Numbered from the stretch's first letter, positions 1 to 9,053 are shown. The stretch: DNA of 32,000 nt from Candidatus Saccharimonadota bacterium (GCA_000503875.1 CP006913.1:330001-362000), one strand, 5' to 3'. The notes: generated by a model not told the origin, from the sequence alone. Program-made: numbers and translations.

Positions 1-2391
1 ACTAATCCAAACGATGAAAAAGTAGAATTTACACGGGATATCTATAGATCAACGCAAGGATGAATAAATTCTATGGAAGCAAAAACTGATATTATGATTC
101 AAGCTTCTCCAACAGAAATTTCAACAGTATTGAGAGTATATTTAAATGGAATTCTTCAAGACATTATTCCAAGTAGTGAAGAAAAATGTCCAATAATTCA
201 ACCAGAAATACCATTGGAATTAGAACCAATCTGTTCTTCAGATCCAGAAAGTCATAGAGTATGGAAAGTAAAGAACAATAACGCACAACAAGTAGAATTT
301 AAATGGAATATACCACAGACTACATCATGTAAAGGAAATAAAATTCTTTTATGTCATGTGCCTCCCGGAAATCCAACAAATGAACATGAAATATGTATTG
401 CTAAACCAGCGGTTGCTGCGCATTTGGCAAAGGGATCGTATGAAGGATTATGTCAAAATTCTATAAATCAATCAAATATTATTGTATGATGAGAAACATC
501 AGTTGTATTTACAACACCAGTTATTGATAATCCAGAAATGTTAAGCATTTCTATTGATAATATTGAACAGGATGCTTCACTTAGTACAACAGATCTTTGT
601 CCAAAACAACCAGTTAATGATTATACTATTTCAGTTACAACAGACAAACAAGAAATTTTTCCATGAGAAGAATTAGTTTATACTATTCAATACGATAACA
701 TTGGACCAGAGCTTATGCAATCATGAACAATAGAACTCGGTTTTGATGAGAATTTTGAATATATGCCAAATGAAAATTCTGAAATAATTATTTCAAATAA
801 CAAAATTATTTTACCAACAATGTTAGGAAATAGTTCAAACAAAATAGAAATTAAATGAAAAATGAAAGTAAATATTAATACTGATTCAGAATCTTTATTT
901 AAAGCAATTATTTCGGCGGATCGTGACATAAACAAAGATAATAATATAGTAACGACCACAACAAAAATAAAAAATTTAGAACCACTCGAGTTAAGTTCTT
1001 TGTGTTCAGATAATCCATCTGCAGTGAGAGCTTGGAGAATTCAAAATCCGAATCCAATAGATGTTCCAGTTGATATTTATGTGCAAGATGAATTCTCTGC
1101 ATCAGTAATTGCAAAAGCAAACGAGCACACCTATGTAAAAACAAATACTTTTAGTACTGTAGATTGAATAAATATTGTATCATTACGATATAATGGACAA
1201 AAACAAATAGAAAATTCTAGTGAAAATGTTTCTTGTCCAAAACCTATTTCTGATTTAGCCGTAGAAAATGTAAATGTAGAAATGGTTTCAGAAGATATGT
1301 TTGTAGCACAAATTACTTTTGCAAATCTAGGTCCAAATTTATCTAGTGATATTTTAATTGATGTTGCTGTATCTGATGCTATGTTTGTTGTAGAAAATTC
1401 AATTCAACCAGAACTACAGGAAACATTGAACGTAATGGAAATAGATGAAACCTATATATTGTCTATTACGTGAGCATTGATCTCATGAGAAGCACAAATC
1501 GCAGTTACAATAAACGGTCAAACAATTGATCCAAATGTATATAACAATAATTCACAATCAACTATTTCTAGTAGTAATTATGTAGTGCCAGAAGAACCTA
1601 TCAATGAAGAAGAAAATCAAGAACATGACGCTCCTACTGAAGAACCAGAAAATATTCAATGATATGAACTCGGTGAACAAGTAGATCTTGATCAACAAAT
1701 TAAAGAGGATGAATATACAGAAGATATGATTGGTTTAGGCTGTCATTATACAGACGAAGAATATGAAAAAATAAAATTCCAAGATGTTATAAATCATCGA
1801 TCAAAACCATATGTAGAGCTTTTACGTATTAATTGTATTGTGAAAGGAAGAGAAGTAAATACTTTTGTTACTGATGACTATATAAAAAGAGGAGAAGCAA
1901 TTAAAGTAGCTATTAAATTATGGTGAATAGATAACGATTGGAAAGTTAAATCTGATAAATATATATACCTTGGAGATACTCCTATGGCTGATGTAAATAA
2001 TGCTCATTGGTCAGCTCAATACGTTGATAAGGCATATCAAATAGGTTTATTAGATTCATTATATAAAGAAACAATATCCAAAAAGATTTTTCCAAATCAA
2101 AATATTACAAGAGGGGAATCAGTGGAATTATTGGTAAAAACCTACTTATTGTTAGAAAAGACTTCATTAGAAGAAAGTGAAATTCTTATAGAGGCTATTT
2201 TTGAAGATGTTGATGATAAATCAAGTTATGCTCCATATATAAAATATGCTTATGAAAAATGATTTTTACAAGGAGTTTTGGAATCAGGTAAAACAAAATT
2301 TCTTCCAAATCAATCTATTTCAAGAAGTGAATTCGCAAAAATTGCTGCATTAATTTTTAAAGATTATTTACCAGTGTTCCTTATCAAATAA
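1..2391 (+). CDS. Cell-surface protein, 5'-truncated at the window edge. Repetitive Ig/DUF11-like modules, a CHxPPGNP motif and three C-terminal SLH-like domains.
   Basis: Track fragments 73-489, 862-1167, 1282-1473, 1726-1926 and 1984-2262 are all in frame 1. I translated the gaps by hand and they contain only TGA, with no TAA or TAG. The ORF ends at TAA 2389-2391. The C-terminus has 3 repeats of the F-x-DV...(W/Y)...G...R.E type typical of S-layer homology domains. Confidence 0.75.
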
Positions 2392-2448
2392 TATATAAGA
2401 AAAATTCTATACATATAAAGTATGGGATTTTTTTTATTATAAAAAAAA

Positions 2449-2471
2449 AGAACACGAAGTTCTAGTTTTTT
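2449..2471 (+). terminator. Intrinsic terminator after the surface-protein gene
   Basis: Stem agaac/gttct (2449-2453 / 2459-2463) followed by a T-run at 2466-2471. Confidence 0.5.
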
Positions 2472-2474
2472 AAA

Positions 2475-2551
2475 TGGTGGGTGATATAGGACTCGAACCT
2501 ATGACCCTCTGCTTGTAAGGCAGATGCTCTAGCCAACTGAGCTAATCACCC
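2475..2551 (-). tRNA. tRNA-Val(TAC), CCA encoded
   Basis: Reverse complement folds as a cloverleaf. Acceptor gggtgat/atcaccc, anticodon loop cttacaa, T-loop ggttcgagtcc, 3' CCA present. Confidence 0.9.
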
Positions 2552-2557
2552 AAATAA

Positions 2558-2632
2558 TGGCGGTCTTACGGGGAATTGAACCCCGGTTGCAGGATTGAAA
2601 GTCCCGTGTCCTAACCACTAGACGATAAGACC
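2558..2632 (-). tRNA. tRNA-Glu(TTC), CCA encoded
   Basis: Acceptor ggtctta/taagacc, anticodon loop ctttcaa, T-loop ggttcaattcc. Confidence 0.9.
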
Positions 2633-2639
2633 ATGCAAA

Positions 2640-2716
2640 TGGCGGAATGGAAGGGACTCGAACCCTCGACCTCCTGCGTGACAGGCAGGCGTTCTAACCA
2701 GCTGAACTACCACTCC
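2640..2716 (-). tRNA. tRNA-Asp(GTC), CCA encoded
   Basis: Acceptor ggagtgg/ccattcc, anticodon stem-loop cctgc-ctgtcac-gcagg, T-loop ggttcgagtcc. Confidence 0.9.
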
Positions 2717-2856
2717 GTATAATGTAATAATTTTTTACTCCTAATTAAGATGGTTAGTCTCCAAAAAGATGTATCTGTTCAAGCGTTCCTTGTCCTGAAG
2801 GATGAAGGATAACCAGCTGAACTACCACTCCGTGTAATGTAATAATTTTTTACTCC
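2696..2856. repeat. 46-nt direct repeat in two copies (2696-2741 and 2811-2856, 45/46 identical). Each copy holds the first ~21 nt of tRNA-Asp plus 25 nt of its upstream flank.
   Basis: aaccagctgaactaccactccgt[a/g]taatgtaataattttttactcc is read twice, 115 bp apart. Confidence 0.9.
2811..2831 (-). pseudogene. tRNA-Asp 5' fragment (acceptor 5' strand plus D-arm 5' half only)
   Basis: Identical to tRNA-Asp positions 1-21. It diverges inside the D-loop and has no anticodon or T arm downstream. Confidence 0.75.
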
Positions 2857-2863
2857 GTATTAA

Positions 2864-2938
2864 TGGAGCCAACTATCGGACTTGAACCGATGACCCACCG
2901 CTTACAAGGCGGTAGCTCTACCGCTGAGCTAAGTTGGC
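2864..2938 (-). tRNA. tRNA-Thr(TGT), CCA encoded
   Basis: Acceptor gccaact/agttggc, anticodon stem-loop accgc-cttgtaa-gcggt, T-loop ggttcaagtcc. Confidence 0.9.
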
Positions 2939-2963
2939 ATCAAAGAAGCCTTAGGCTCCTTAT

Positions 2964-3233
2964 TTATTTCGTTTTTTGAGCAACATTAAACATTTTTGCT
3001 ACTCTAGATTTTCTTCTTGCTGCGGTTTGTTTTTTTAAAACTCCAACTTTACAAGCTTTATCTATGTATTTATAAAGGTTTTGTACTTCTGTTTCAGCAA
3101 CAACAACACCTTTAGTTAAATTTTTCATAAATTTTTTGATAGCCATTTTCATTCTCAACTTAAAATCATAATTTCTTTGTTGAAGTTTAAGTGATCTTGA
3201 AAGCGCTTTTTTTGCTGATTTAGTAACTGGCAT
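2964..3233 (-). CDS. rpsT: 30S ribosomal protein S20
   Basis: MPVTKSAKKALSRSLKLQQRN... is a typical S20 N-terminus. I chose the internal ATG at 3233 rather than the track start at 3260. TAA stop. Confidence 0.85.
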   Translation of the reverse strand: MPVTKSAKKALSRSLKLQQRNYDFKLRMKMAIKKFMKNLTKGVVVAETEVQNLYKYIDKACKVGVLKKQTAARRKSRVAKMFNVAQKTK

Positions 3234-3269
3234 AGAGGGACAATAATAATTAAAATACAAATTATAATA

Positions 3270-3342
3270 CTCCGAGGGTGGGACTCGAACCCACGACCCA
3301 GTGGTTAACAGCCACTTGCTCTACCAACTGAGCTACCGCGGA
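3270..3342 (-). tRNA. tRNA-Asn(GTT), no CCA encoded
   Basis: Anticodon stem-loop agtgg-ctgttaa-ccact, T-loop ggttcgagtcc. One C-U mismatch in the acceptor stem. Confidence 0.8.
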
Positions 3343-3430
3343 CTAGCTGGATACAAAAAAATCCAAATTTTAGCGAACGACTTTATAGGAATTCAAATTC
3401 ATTTTTCAATAGATTCTGTATTATTTTATA

Positions 3431-3511
3431 TACCGGGGACAGGACTCGAACCTGCACACCGTAGGGCACTTGGTTCTAAGCCAAGCATGTCTACCATTCC
3501 ATCACCCCGGC
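3431..3511 (-). tRNA. tRNA-Leu(TAG), long variable arm
   Basis: Anticodon stem-loop cttgg-cttagaa-ccaag, variable arm tgccctacggtgt, T-loop ggttcgagtcc. Confidence 0.85.
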
Positions 3512-3519
3512 ATCTAATA

Positions 3520-3592
3520 CTCAGGAGATAGGACTCGAACCTATAACCACCTGATTCAGAGTCAGGTGCTCTACCAATTAAGCTACCCCTGA
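3520..3592 (-). tRNA. tRNA-Gln(CTG)
   Basis: U1:A72 with G73, anticodon stem-loop cctga-ctctgaa-tcagg, T-loop ggttcgagtcc. Confidence 0.8.
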
Positions 3593-3638
3593 ACACCAAG
3601 ATTATTTATTTTTAGTTTATTATAATTTTTGCGGAGGA

Positions 3639-3700
3639 TGGAGTCGAACCACCTGTCTTCGGGTTATGAGCCCAACGAGATACCGTTTCTCTACCCCGCA
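3639..3700 (-). tRNA. tRNA-Met(CAT). The anticodon stem is initiator-like (three G:C pairs); Ile2-lysidine identity is not excluded.
   Basis: Anticodon stem-loop ttggg-ctcataa-cccga, T-loop ggttcgactcc, acceptor tgcgggg/ctccgca. Confidence 0.75.
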
Positions 3701-3709
3701 ATATTTTCC

Positions 3710-3780
3710 CTGGGGAACTAGGATTCGAACCTAGACTGACGGAGTCAAAGTCCGCTGTCCTACCGTTAGACGATTCCCCA
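3710..3780 (-). tRNA. tRNA-Gln(TTG)
   Basis: Acceptor tggggaa/ttcccca, anticodon loop ctttgac, T-loop ggttcgaatcc. Confidence 0.85.
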
Positions 3781-3870
3781 ATGCAATCTCAAAAAATACA
3801 TATCCAAACGGATCGTGATGCCTGTATAGAGATTTTGTTTTCTATTTCAAGCTCTTTTTTAAAGAAAAAT

Positions 3871-3900
3871 ATAAAAAAGCTAGATAATATGCATCTAGCT
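3871..3900 (-). terminator. Intrinsic terminator of the Q/P-rich protein gene
   Basis: Stem gctagat/atctagc (3879-3885 / 3893-3899) followed on the minus strand by a T-run. Confidence 0.65.
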
Positions 3901-3920
3901 CAATAAAAATGTCCTAAAAA

Positions 3921-4553
3921 TTATTGTTGAATTGGAGCAACTGGTTGTTGGATTGGAGCAACTGGTTGTTGAATTGGGGCAACTGGTTGTTGAATTGGGG
4001 CAACTGGTTGTTGAATTGGGGCAACTGGTTGTTGAATTGGAGCAACTGGTTGTTGAATTGGAGCAACTGGTTGTTGGATTGGAGCAACTGGTTGTTGGAT
4101 TGGAGCAGCATTAGCTTGATAATTTTGTGATAGGAATTGTTGTGTATCAAGTGGAGCTGTTGGTTTTTCAGCAACATAATTTTGAGCACCTTCCAAAACA
4201 GTTGATGTTCCTGTTTGTACTATTTGGTTAGCTTGATTTCCTATTGCATCAAGAGTATTACCTATTTTATTAAAAAAATTTGCTCAAGGCATATTCTGTA
4301 CTTGTGGTTGTTGAATTTGTACTCAACCTTGTATTGGTTGTTGTTGAGAAACAACTGGTGTAGCTGGTACTGGTGCTGCAATTTTGGCAATAAAATCAAC
4401 AATTCATTTTAATATTTTATCAAAAACTCAATCTTCTTGAACAACAGGTTGAATTTGTTGTTGAGGAATTTGTTGAGGCATATTTTGAATTGGAGCAACA
4501 GGTTGTTGAATTACCCCATTAGCTTGTTGATTTTGGATTTGCATAGGATCCAT
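3921..4553 (-). CDS. Q/P-rich low-complexity protein (210 aa) with a C-terminal PVAPIQQ heptad array
   Basis: ATG at 4553 is in frame with track ORF 3921-4196. The gap contains 4 TGA and no TAA or TAG. TAA stop at 3921-3923. Confidence 0.7.
3924..4112. repeat. 21-bp tandem repeat, about 9 copies (ttgttgRattggRgcaactgg), encoding PVAPIQQ on the minus strand
   Basis: Direct reading shows units starting at 3924, 3945, 3966 ... 4092, with only 2 variable positions per unit. Confidence 0.95.
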
Positions 4554-4764
4554 AATAGATGCGTTATACTATAAAATATTCTATTTACACAGTATATTGT
4601 AATCGTTTCTGTAAAAAAAGCAAATTTTTACACAAGAAAATACATATAATCTTTATAAAAAAACTTGTTTTTTTATGGAAATGATATATAGTATCAATAA
4701 ATATTCTATCGGATCTTAATTATTAGTGCTTATATACTCATTTTTAAATGATTAAAAAATAAAA

Positions 4765-5664
4765 GTGGAACAATTGCAATATCAATGATCTTGAGAAAGA
4801 ATAGATAGTTTTTTATCTAAACATTTTTCATTATCGAGAAATTTTTTTCAACATATTCTCAAAAGATGATGAGTTTTAGTAAATAGTAAACACGCAAAAA
4901 AATCGCTTCAATTACAATTAAATGATACGATAGAAATAGATAATTTTCAAAGATTTCTAGATGATCAAGCGATGGAAGAAGCGCCAAAGATAGAAATACC
5001 TATTATATATGAAGAAACAGATTTTCTTGTTATTAATAAGCCAAAAGGGGTTCTTTCTCATCCAAGAACAATTTGGGAATTACATGAACCATCAGTTTCT
5101 GGTTTTCTTTACCATAAATATAAATGATTACCAAGTATTGGAAATTTCATTAGAGCAGGGATTCTCCATAGATTAGACAAACAAACCGACGGATTAATGA
5201 TTGTTGCCAAGACAGAAAAAGGATTGGCACATTTCAAAAAATTATTTCAAGAAAAATCAGAAAGCCAAGAACAATCAGATAAAGAGGCTGTTCATCTCAA
5301 AAAATTTTATCGTGCAACTTGTGAGATTACGTCAAAGGGAAAACAATTTTTACAAAAAATAGAAAATAATCTGCCTTTTACTATCGAATCGCTCGTTGTT
5401 CCCAAACTTCCTCATAGCATATCTAAGATAGGTATCACAAAAATTCTCAAGTATACGATTACTCCAGATCAAAAAAGAGTAACAATAAATTTAGAAATTC
5501 TTACCTGAAGAACACATCAGATTAGATATCATTTGTCTCAAGCAGGATTGCCAATAGTCGGGGATTATCTCTATGGAACAGATACCTGAGAAAATATGCA
5601 GCTAACTGCATGGAAACTGATATTTGAAGATGTAGAAGGAAAAATAAAAACTTTTGAAATATAA
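4765..5664 (+). CDS. rluD: RluA-family 23S rRNA pseudouridine synthase with an N-terminal S4 domain (RluD-like)
   Basis: GTG at 4765 follows an in-frame TAA. Motifs read: ERIDSFLSKHF..SRN, HRLDKQTDGLMIVAK, and T-[TGA]-RTHQIR, which is GRTHQIR. TAA stop at 5662-5664. Frame 1 throughout. Confidence 0.85.
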
Positions 5665-5668
5665 AATA

Positions 5669-5731
5669 GTCGCCGAGACTTCCTTTATCCCATTCGCAGT
5701 AATGGGGAAAAGAAGTCTAACGACGATTTTT
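5669..5731 (+). terminator. Long compound hairpin plus T-run after rluD
   Basis: Outer stem gtcg..gagacttc / gaagtct..cgac, inner stem cccatt/aatggg, then ttttt at 5727-5731. Confidence 0.55.
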
Positions 5732-5775
5732 ATCGCTATAATATAAAACAACTATTATGTTGAAATTCCTATAAG

Positions 5776-5805
5776 ATAAAAAAAGCCACACTATTAGCAT
5801 GGCTC
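5776..5805 (-). terminator. Intrinsic terminator of the GNAT cassette
   Basis: Stem agcca/tggct (5784-5788 / 5800-5804) followed on the minus strand by a 7-8 nt T-run. Confidence 0.6.
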
Positions 5806-5811
5806 TTAATA

Positions 5812-6741
5812 TTATTTTTCCTGTGTTTTATCATGCTTTTTTATGTTATATCTTATGATATATTTCTCAAAGATATTAGGAACCTTTATCATGATAGCGG
5901 TCTCTTCGGTATTACCAAAGAGCTCATTGAAAATAGTTCCAAAACATTGCATACCAATAGACAAACGACCATAAAGAGCAATAAGTATAGATGCATTAAA
6001 CCTTTTTGCCAACATACTAAAATCCTCTTCAAAGTTATCTGTAAAAGTAACATCTACAGAAAGGTCACCATATGGACGAATAAGTCCATATTCACCTTTG
6101 GGCTTAATCAAAGAACTATTCTTTGATGGAAAGTATCTATCGAAAAAATGATAAATAGGATCTAAATTACCCAATTGAGGATAAAGGGTAACTTTCCCAA
6201 TAAGAAATGTTACTGGATTGGTCCAAGATATAGATCCTGAATTTTTTTTATTTATCCAGAATCCTAATCCATCAAATAAAGCTTCCAAAGCAAATGACCT
6301 CTGATAATCTGGTTGAACAAATGCCCGTCCGAATTCAGCAGTATAAGGGAGATATTTTTCCACAAACCTTTTGCTTAAATGAAAATAGCTTGTTAATGGA
6401 GAAAATGATTCCTTATTGATTGCCGAATTACGAAGTTTTAACAATGTTTGGATTCGATATCCACCAGCAATTTCATGTTTTTTTGGATCCCAAATAACCA
6501 ATTGTTCGAAATATTTATCGAATTCATCAATATCAGTAGATTTACCAGTTCCTGCCTTTATGTGCCTAAAAGAAATCTCTCTCAGTCGTCCAATTTCCTT
6601 CATAACAGAAGGGCATTGTTCAGGCGTTACAACATAAATTTCAAAACCACCACGATTTGACGTTTTCAGTAGAAATTCTTCTCTTAATTCTGCTCTGAGA
6701 AGATGTCTGGGTTGCGGATCGATAATTTTTTCTTCATTCAT
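5812..6741 (-). CDS. GNAT-superfamily N-acyltransferase of the OlsB / hemolysin-like type (Acetyltransf_5-like), 309 aa
   Basis: Intact ATG..TAA ORF with no TAA, TAG or TGA before its TAA stop. Motifs read: IGRLREISF, HEIAGGYRIQTL, AEFGRAFVQPDYQ. It contains no TGA, and its CGA/CGG codons fall on conserved Arg positions. Confidence 0.75.
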   Translation of the reverse strand: MNEEKIIDPQPRHLLRAELREEFLLKTSNRGGFEIYVVTPEQCPSVMKEIGRLREISFRHIKAGTGKSTDIDEFDKYFEQLVIWDPKKHEIAGGYRIQTLLKLRNSAINKESFSPLTSYFHLSKRFVEKYLPYTAEFGRAFVQPDYQRSFALEALFDGLGFWINKKNSGSISWTNPVTFLIGKVTLYPQLGNLDPIYHFFDRYFPSKNSSLIKPKGEYGLIRPYGDLSVDVTFTDNFEEDFSMLAKRFNASILIALYGRLSIGMQCFGTIFNELFGNTEETAIMIKVPNIFEKYIIRYNIKKHDKTQEK

Positions 6742-6784
6742 ATGTTTTTCTTTTTAGTTTTTTTTCTTTTTATTTAGCGGAAAA

Positions 6785-6812
6785 AATATATCCAATTGAT
6801 ATAAAATGTCAA
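6785..6812 (-). promoter_or_regulatory. Sigma70-type promoter of the GNAT cassette (TTGACA-16-TATATT), followed by an A-rich AAAACTAAAA leader
   Basis: Plus-strand tgtcaa at 6807-6812 and aatata at 6785-6790. Leader motif at 6752-6765. Confidence 0.55.
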
Positions 6813-6831
6813 CAGAGAAAATATGTAGGTA

Positions 6832-8538
6832 CTACTTAGAAAAATCTTTATTTAACGTGAGAAGTTGCTGTTTTTGTTCATGAGAAAGGTGTGGATTTTT
6901 GAGTGTTTGCTGGATAAGCGATTTAATTGTTTGTCCAAGGGTTTGTTTAATAAGTTGGATTTTCTTCTCTTCTGTTTTGAGGTCAAATTCTTTTTCCCAT
7001 CGAAGTTGATGCTGATTGAGTGAGGTAATAATTTCCTGGTCTTTGGTTTCAAGCAGAGGAGTGAGTGGATTATTATCTAAAGTGAGAAAAAATTCTTTGA
7101 GAGCCAAAAGCATAGACCAAAGAGTAGGTGTTTCCTGATGTTGTTCAAAAAAATCCTGATAAAACAAAGCCGCAAAAAGAAGCTCTCTAGAAGGCTGATA
7201 AAGAGTGCTTTGTTGTTGCTTTTGTCTGCCATGAGTTTTCCCTTCATTTTGAGAATATTGTTTATATTGAGATCGAGTAAATTCAAAAGGAGAATGAAGA
7301 GTATCGCTTATAAGTTGGATATAATGTTGCTGTAAGGAAATATTATTGATTTTTTGAACAAGACCAAATAAGATATTGAGGATTTTCTGCTTGTCGATAG
7401 GTGATGTGATATCATATTGTGTTCTGATATAGGAAAAGACTGCAGAAAATCCATCTTCTGCTTCCTGCAGAATCTGGGCAAAATGCTCTTTACCCGAAGG
7501 GGAGTTCGCAAGATCATCTGCATCTTTATATGGTTTAGGGAGGATAAGTTGTTTGGGAAAAAGATCTTGCTGATAAGCAAGGGAAAGTGCTCTCTGAGTT
7601 GCATTTTGCCCAGCCGAATCACCGTCAAACAGGAAGTACACGGTATCAGTATATCTTTTCAAAATCTTGATATGTTCTTCGGTTAATGAAGTTCCAGAGG
7701 TTGCCACCGCAACAGGAAATCCCAGTCTATGCAAAGCAATAACATCCATTTGTCATTCTACCACAATAAGATAGCCGAACTGACTAATGTGTTGTTTCGC
7801 CCAATTGAGTCCGTATAAAATTTTTGATTTTTCAAATGCTGGATGCTCAGAACTATTGAGATATTTAGGGGTATCGTTGGGATCTAATACTCTTGCACTA
7901 AATCCAATAATATTGTTCATCGTATCAAAAATAGGAAAGGTAATTCTTTTTTTGAAAAAGGTATAAAAATCTGAATTTTTACTCGGTTTAATCAATGATG
8001 ATTGAATAAGATCATTATCACTAAATCATTTGCCTTTGAGAAAATTCCATAAATCATAGGAACTATCTGGTGCAAATCAAACACCGAAGTGGTGAATAGT
8101 TTCTGTATCTAATTTTCTTTTTTCTTGTAAATAGGTTTTTGCTTCTGATGATTTTTCCAAAGCATCAACAAAAAATTGTTGAGCTAACTTATGTATTCTT
8201 TTGATTTTTTCTTTTTCATCAGCATAATGGTCCAATTTTTTACTATCAACATCATATTTGGTGATATCTATATTAGCATCTTTCGCCAAGAGTTTTATCA
8301 CATCCCAAAAATCTATTTTTTCATATTCTTGGACAAAGGTAAAAACATTTCCTCCTTTACCACATCCAAAACATTTGAAGATCTGTTTCTGTGGAGAAAC
8401 CATAAATGATGCAGTTTTCTCGTTATGAAAAGGGCAGCAACCAGAGTAGTTGCTTCCAGCTCTTTTGAGTGAAACATGCCTTGAAATAACATCTACAATA
8501 TCGACGCTACTCAAAATATCATCAGTAAGTTTGGACAC
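6832..8538 (-). CDS. dnaG: DNA primase
   Basis: Fragments 8077-8538, 7753-7995 and 6832-7749 share a frame and are joined only by TGA. Motifs read: zinc finger CPFHNEKTASF..CFGCG, FGV-[TGA]-FAP, and TOPRIM EG.MDVIALH...FDGDSAG. GTG start, TAG stop. Confidence 0.9.
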
Positions 8539-8618
8539 AGGAATAATTTAATGATAAATGCTTCAATAACTTTTCTTATATAAAGTTTTCCTCCTTCAAT
8601 TCAAATTCAATTCAAATT

Positions 8619-8646
8619 AAAAAAATTGAGTATGAACGAGCATACC
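8619..8646 (-). terminator. Intrinsic terminator of the small membrane protein gene
   Basis: Stem gtatg/catac (8630-8634 / 8641-8645) with a T-run on the minus strand. Confidence 0.5.
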
Positions 8647-8669
8647 CAATTTCTTACAAAATTTTATAA

Positions 8670-8996
8670 TTATTCTTTTTTAACGAAATATCCAGTTACG
8701 AAAAGGATACCTACGATAATCAATAAAAGCCCCCAAATCATGTTTTTCAACACATAAAGACCCCAGATCAAAGCGATAATTCCCAAAATAGTGTAGATTT
8801 TTTCTTCAGTAGAAGATTTTTCCCACCAATTTCAAATTCCAGAAGCAATTACTTTTCCTTCTGCTTTTACAAATTTTGCTTCTTCATTAAATTGCTTTTT
8901 TACTTCGTCAAACTTTTTTTCAGCAGTCTTAACAACAGTTTTTACTGCTGGTTTTTTTGCTGCAGTTGGTTTTTTTGTAATTTTTTTTGCTGGCAT
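8670..8996 (-). CDS. Small membrane protein (108 aa) with a Lys-rich N-terminus and two C-terminal hydrophobic helices
   Basis: Hand translation: MPAKKITKKPTAAKKPAVKT...GIGNWWEKSS...ILGIIALIWGLYVL..LLLIIVGILFV. One internal TGA. It is missing from the track because that TGA splits it below the length cutoff. Confidence 0.6.
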
Positions 8997-9053
8997 ACCA
9001 TATAATTAATAATTAAAAATACAATACTGAATTACTGACTTTTGTATACAATT

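Noticed and set aside
2742-2831. A possible unusual or intron-containing tRNA formed by the duplicated tRNA-Asp 5' end
   Set aside because: After the D-loop there is no closing D-stem, no 7-nt anticodon loop with a proper stem, and no T-arm (GTTCRA) within 100 nt.
3301-3531. 76-aa plus-strand ORF
   Set aside because: It lies entirely across the antisense of tRNA-Asn and tRNA-Leu and the spacer between them.
3924-4112. CRISPR array
   Set aside because: The repeats are directly abutting with no spacers, the unit is only 21 bp, and the array is in-frame coding sequence.
3914-4196. Four overlapping ORFs across the 21-bp repeat (3914-4189 minus, 3921-4196 minus, 3924-4130 plus, 3932-4114 plus)
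   Set aside because: A tandem repeat whose unit length is divisible by 3 is open in many frames. Only the 3921-4196 frame extends in phase to an ATG at 4553, with a terminator downstream.
6852-7686. Several 65-106-aa ORFs overlapping dnaG on both strands (6852-7052, 7077-7286, 7308-7628, 7138-7335, 7417-7686)
   Set aside because: They are alternative frames of a well-supported primase gene. Their compositions are low-complexity, Lys/Phe/Leu-rich and typical of AT-rich off-frames.
8581-8620. A GGAGG string (antisense of ttcctcc at 8589-8595) and the tandem caattcaaatt x2 upstream of dnaG, considered as an RBS or regulatory repeat
   Set aside because: The GGAGG lies about 50 nt from the dnaG GTG with no start codon at a suitable distance. 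The 11-nt duplication is too short and AT-rich to distinguish from chance.
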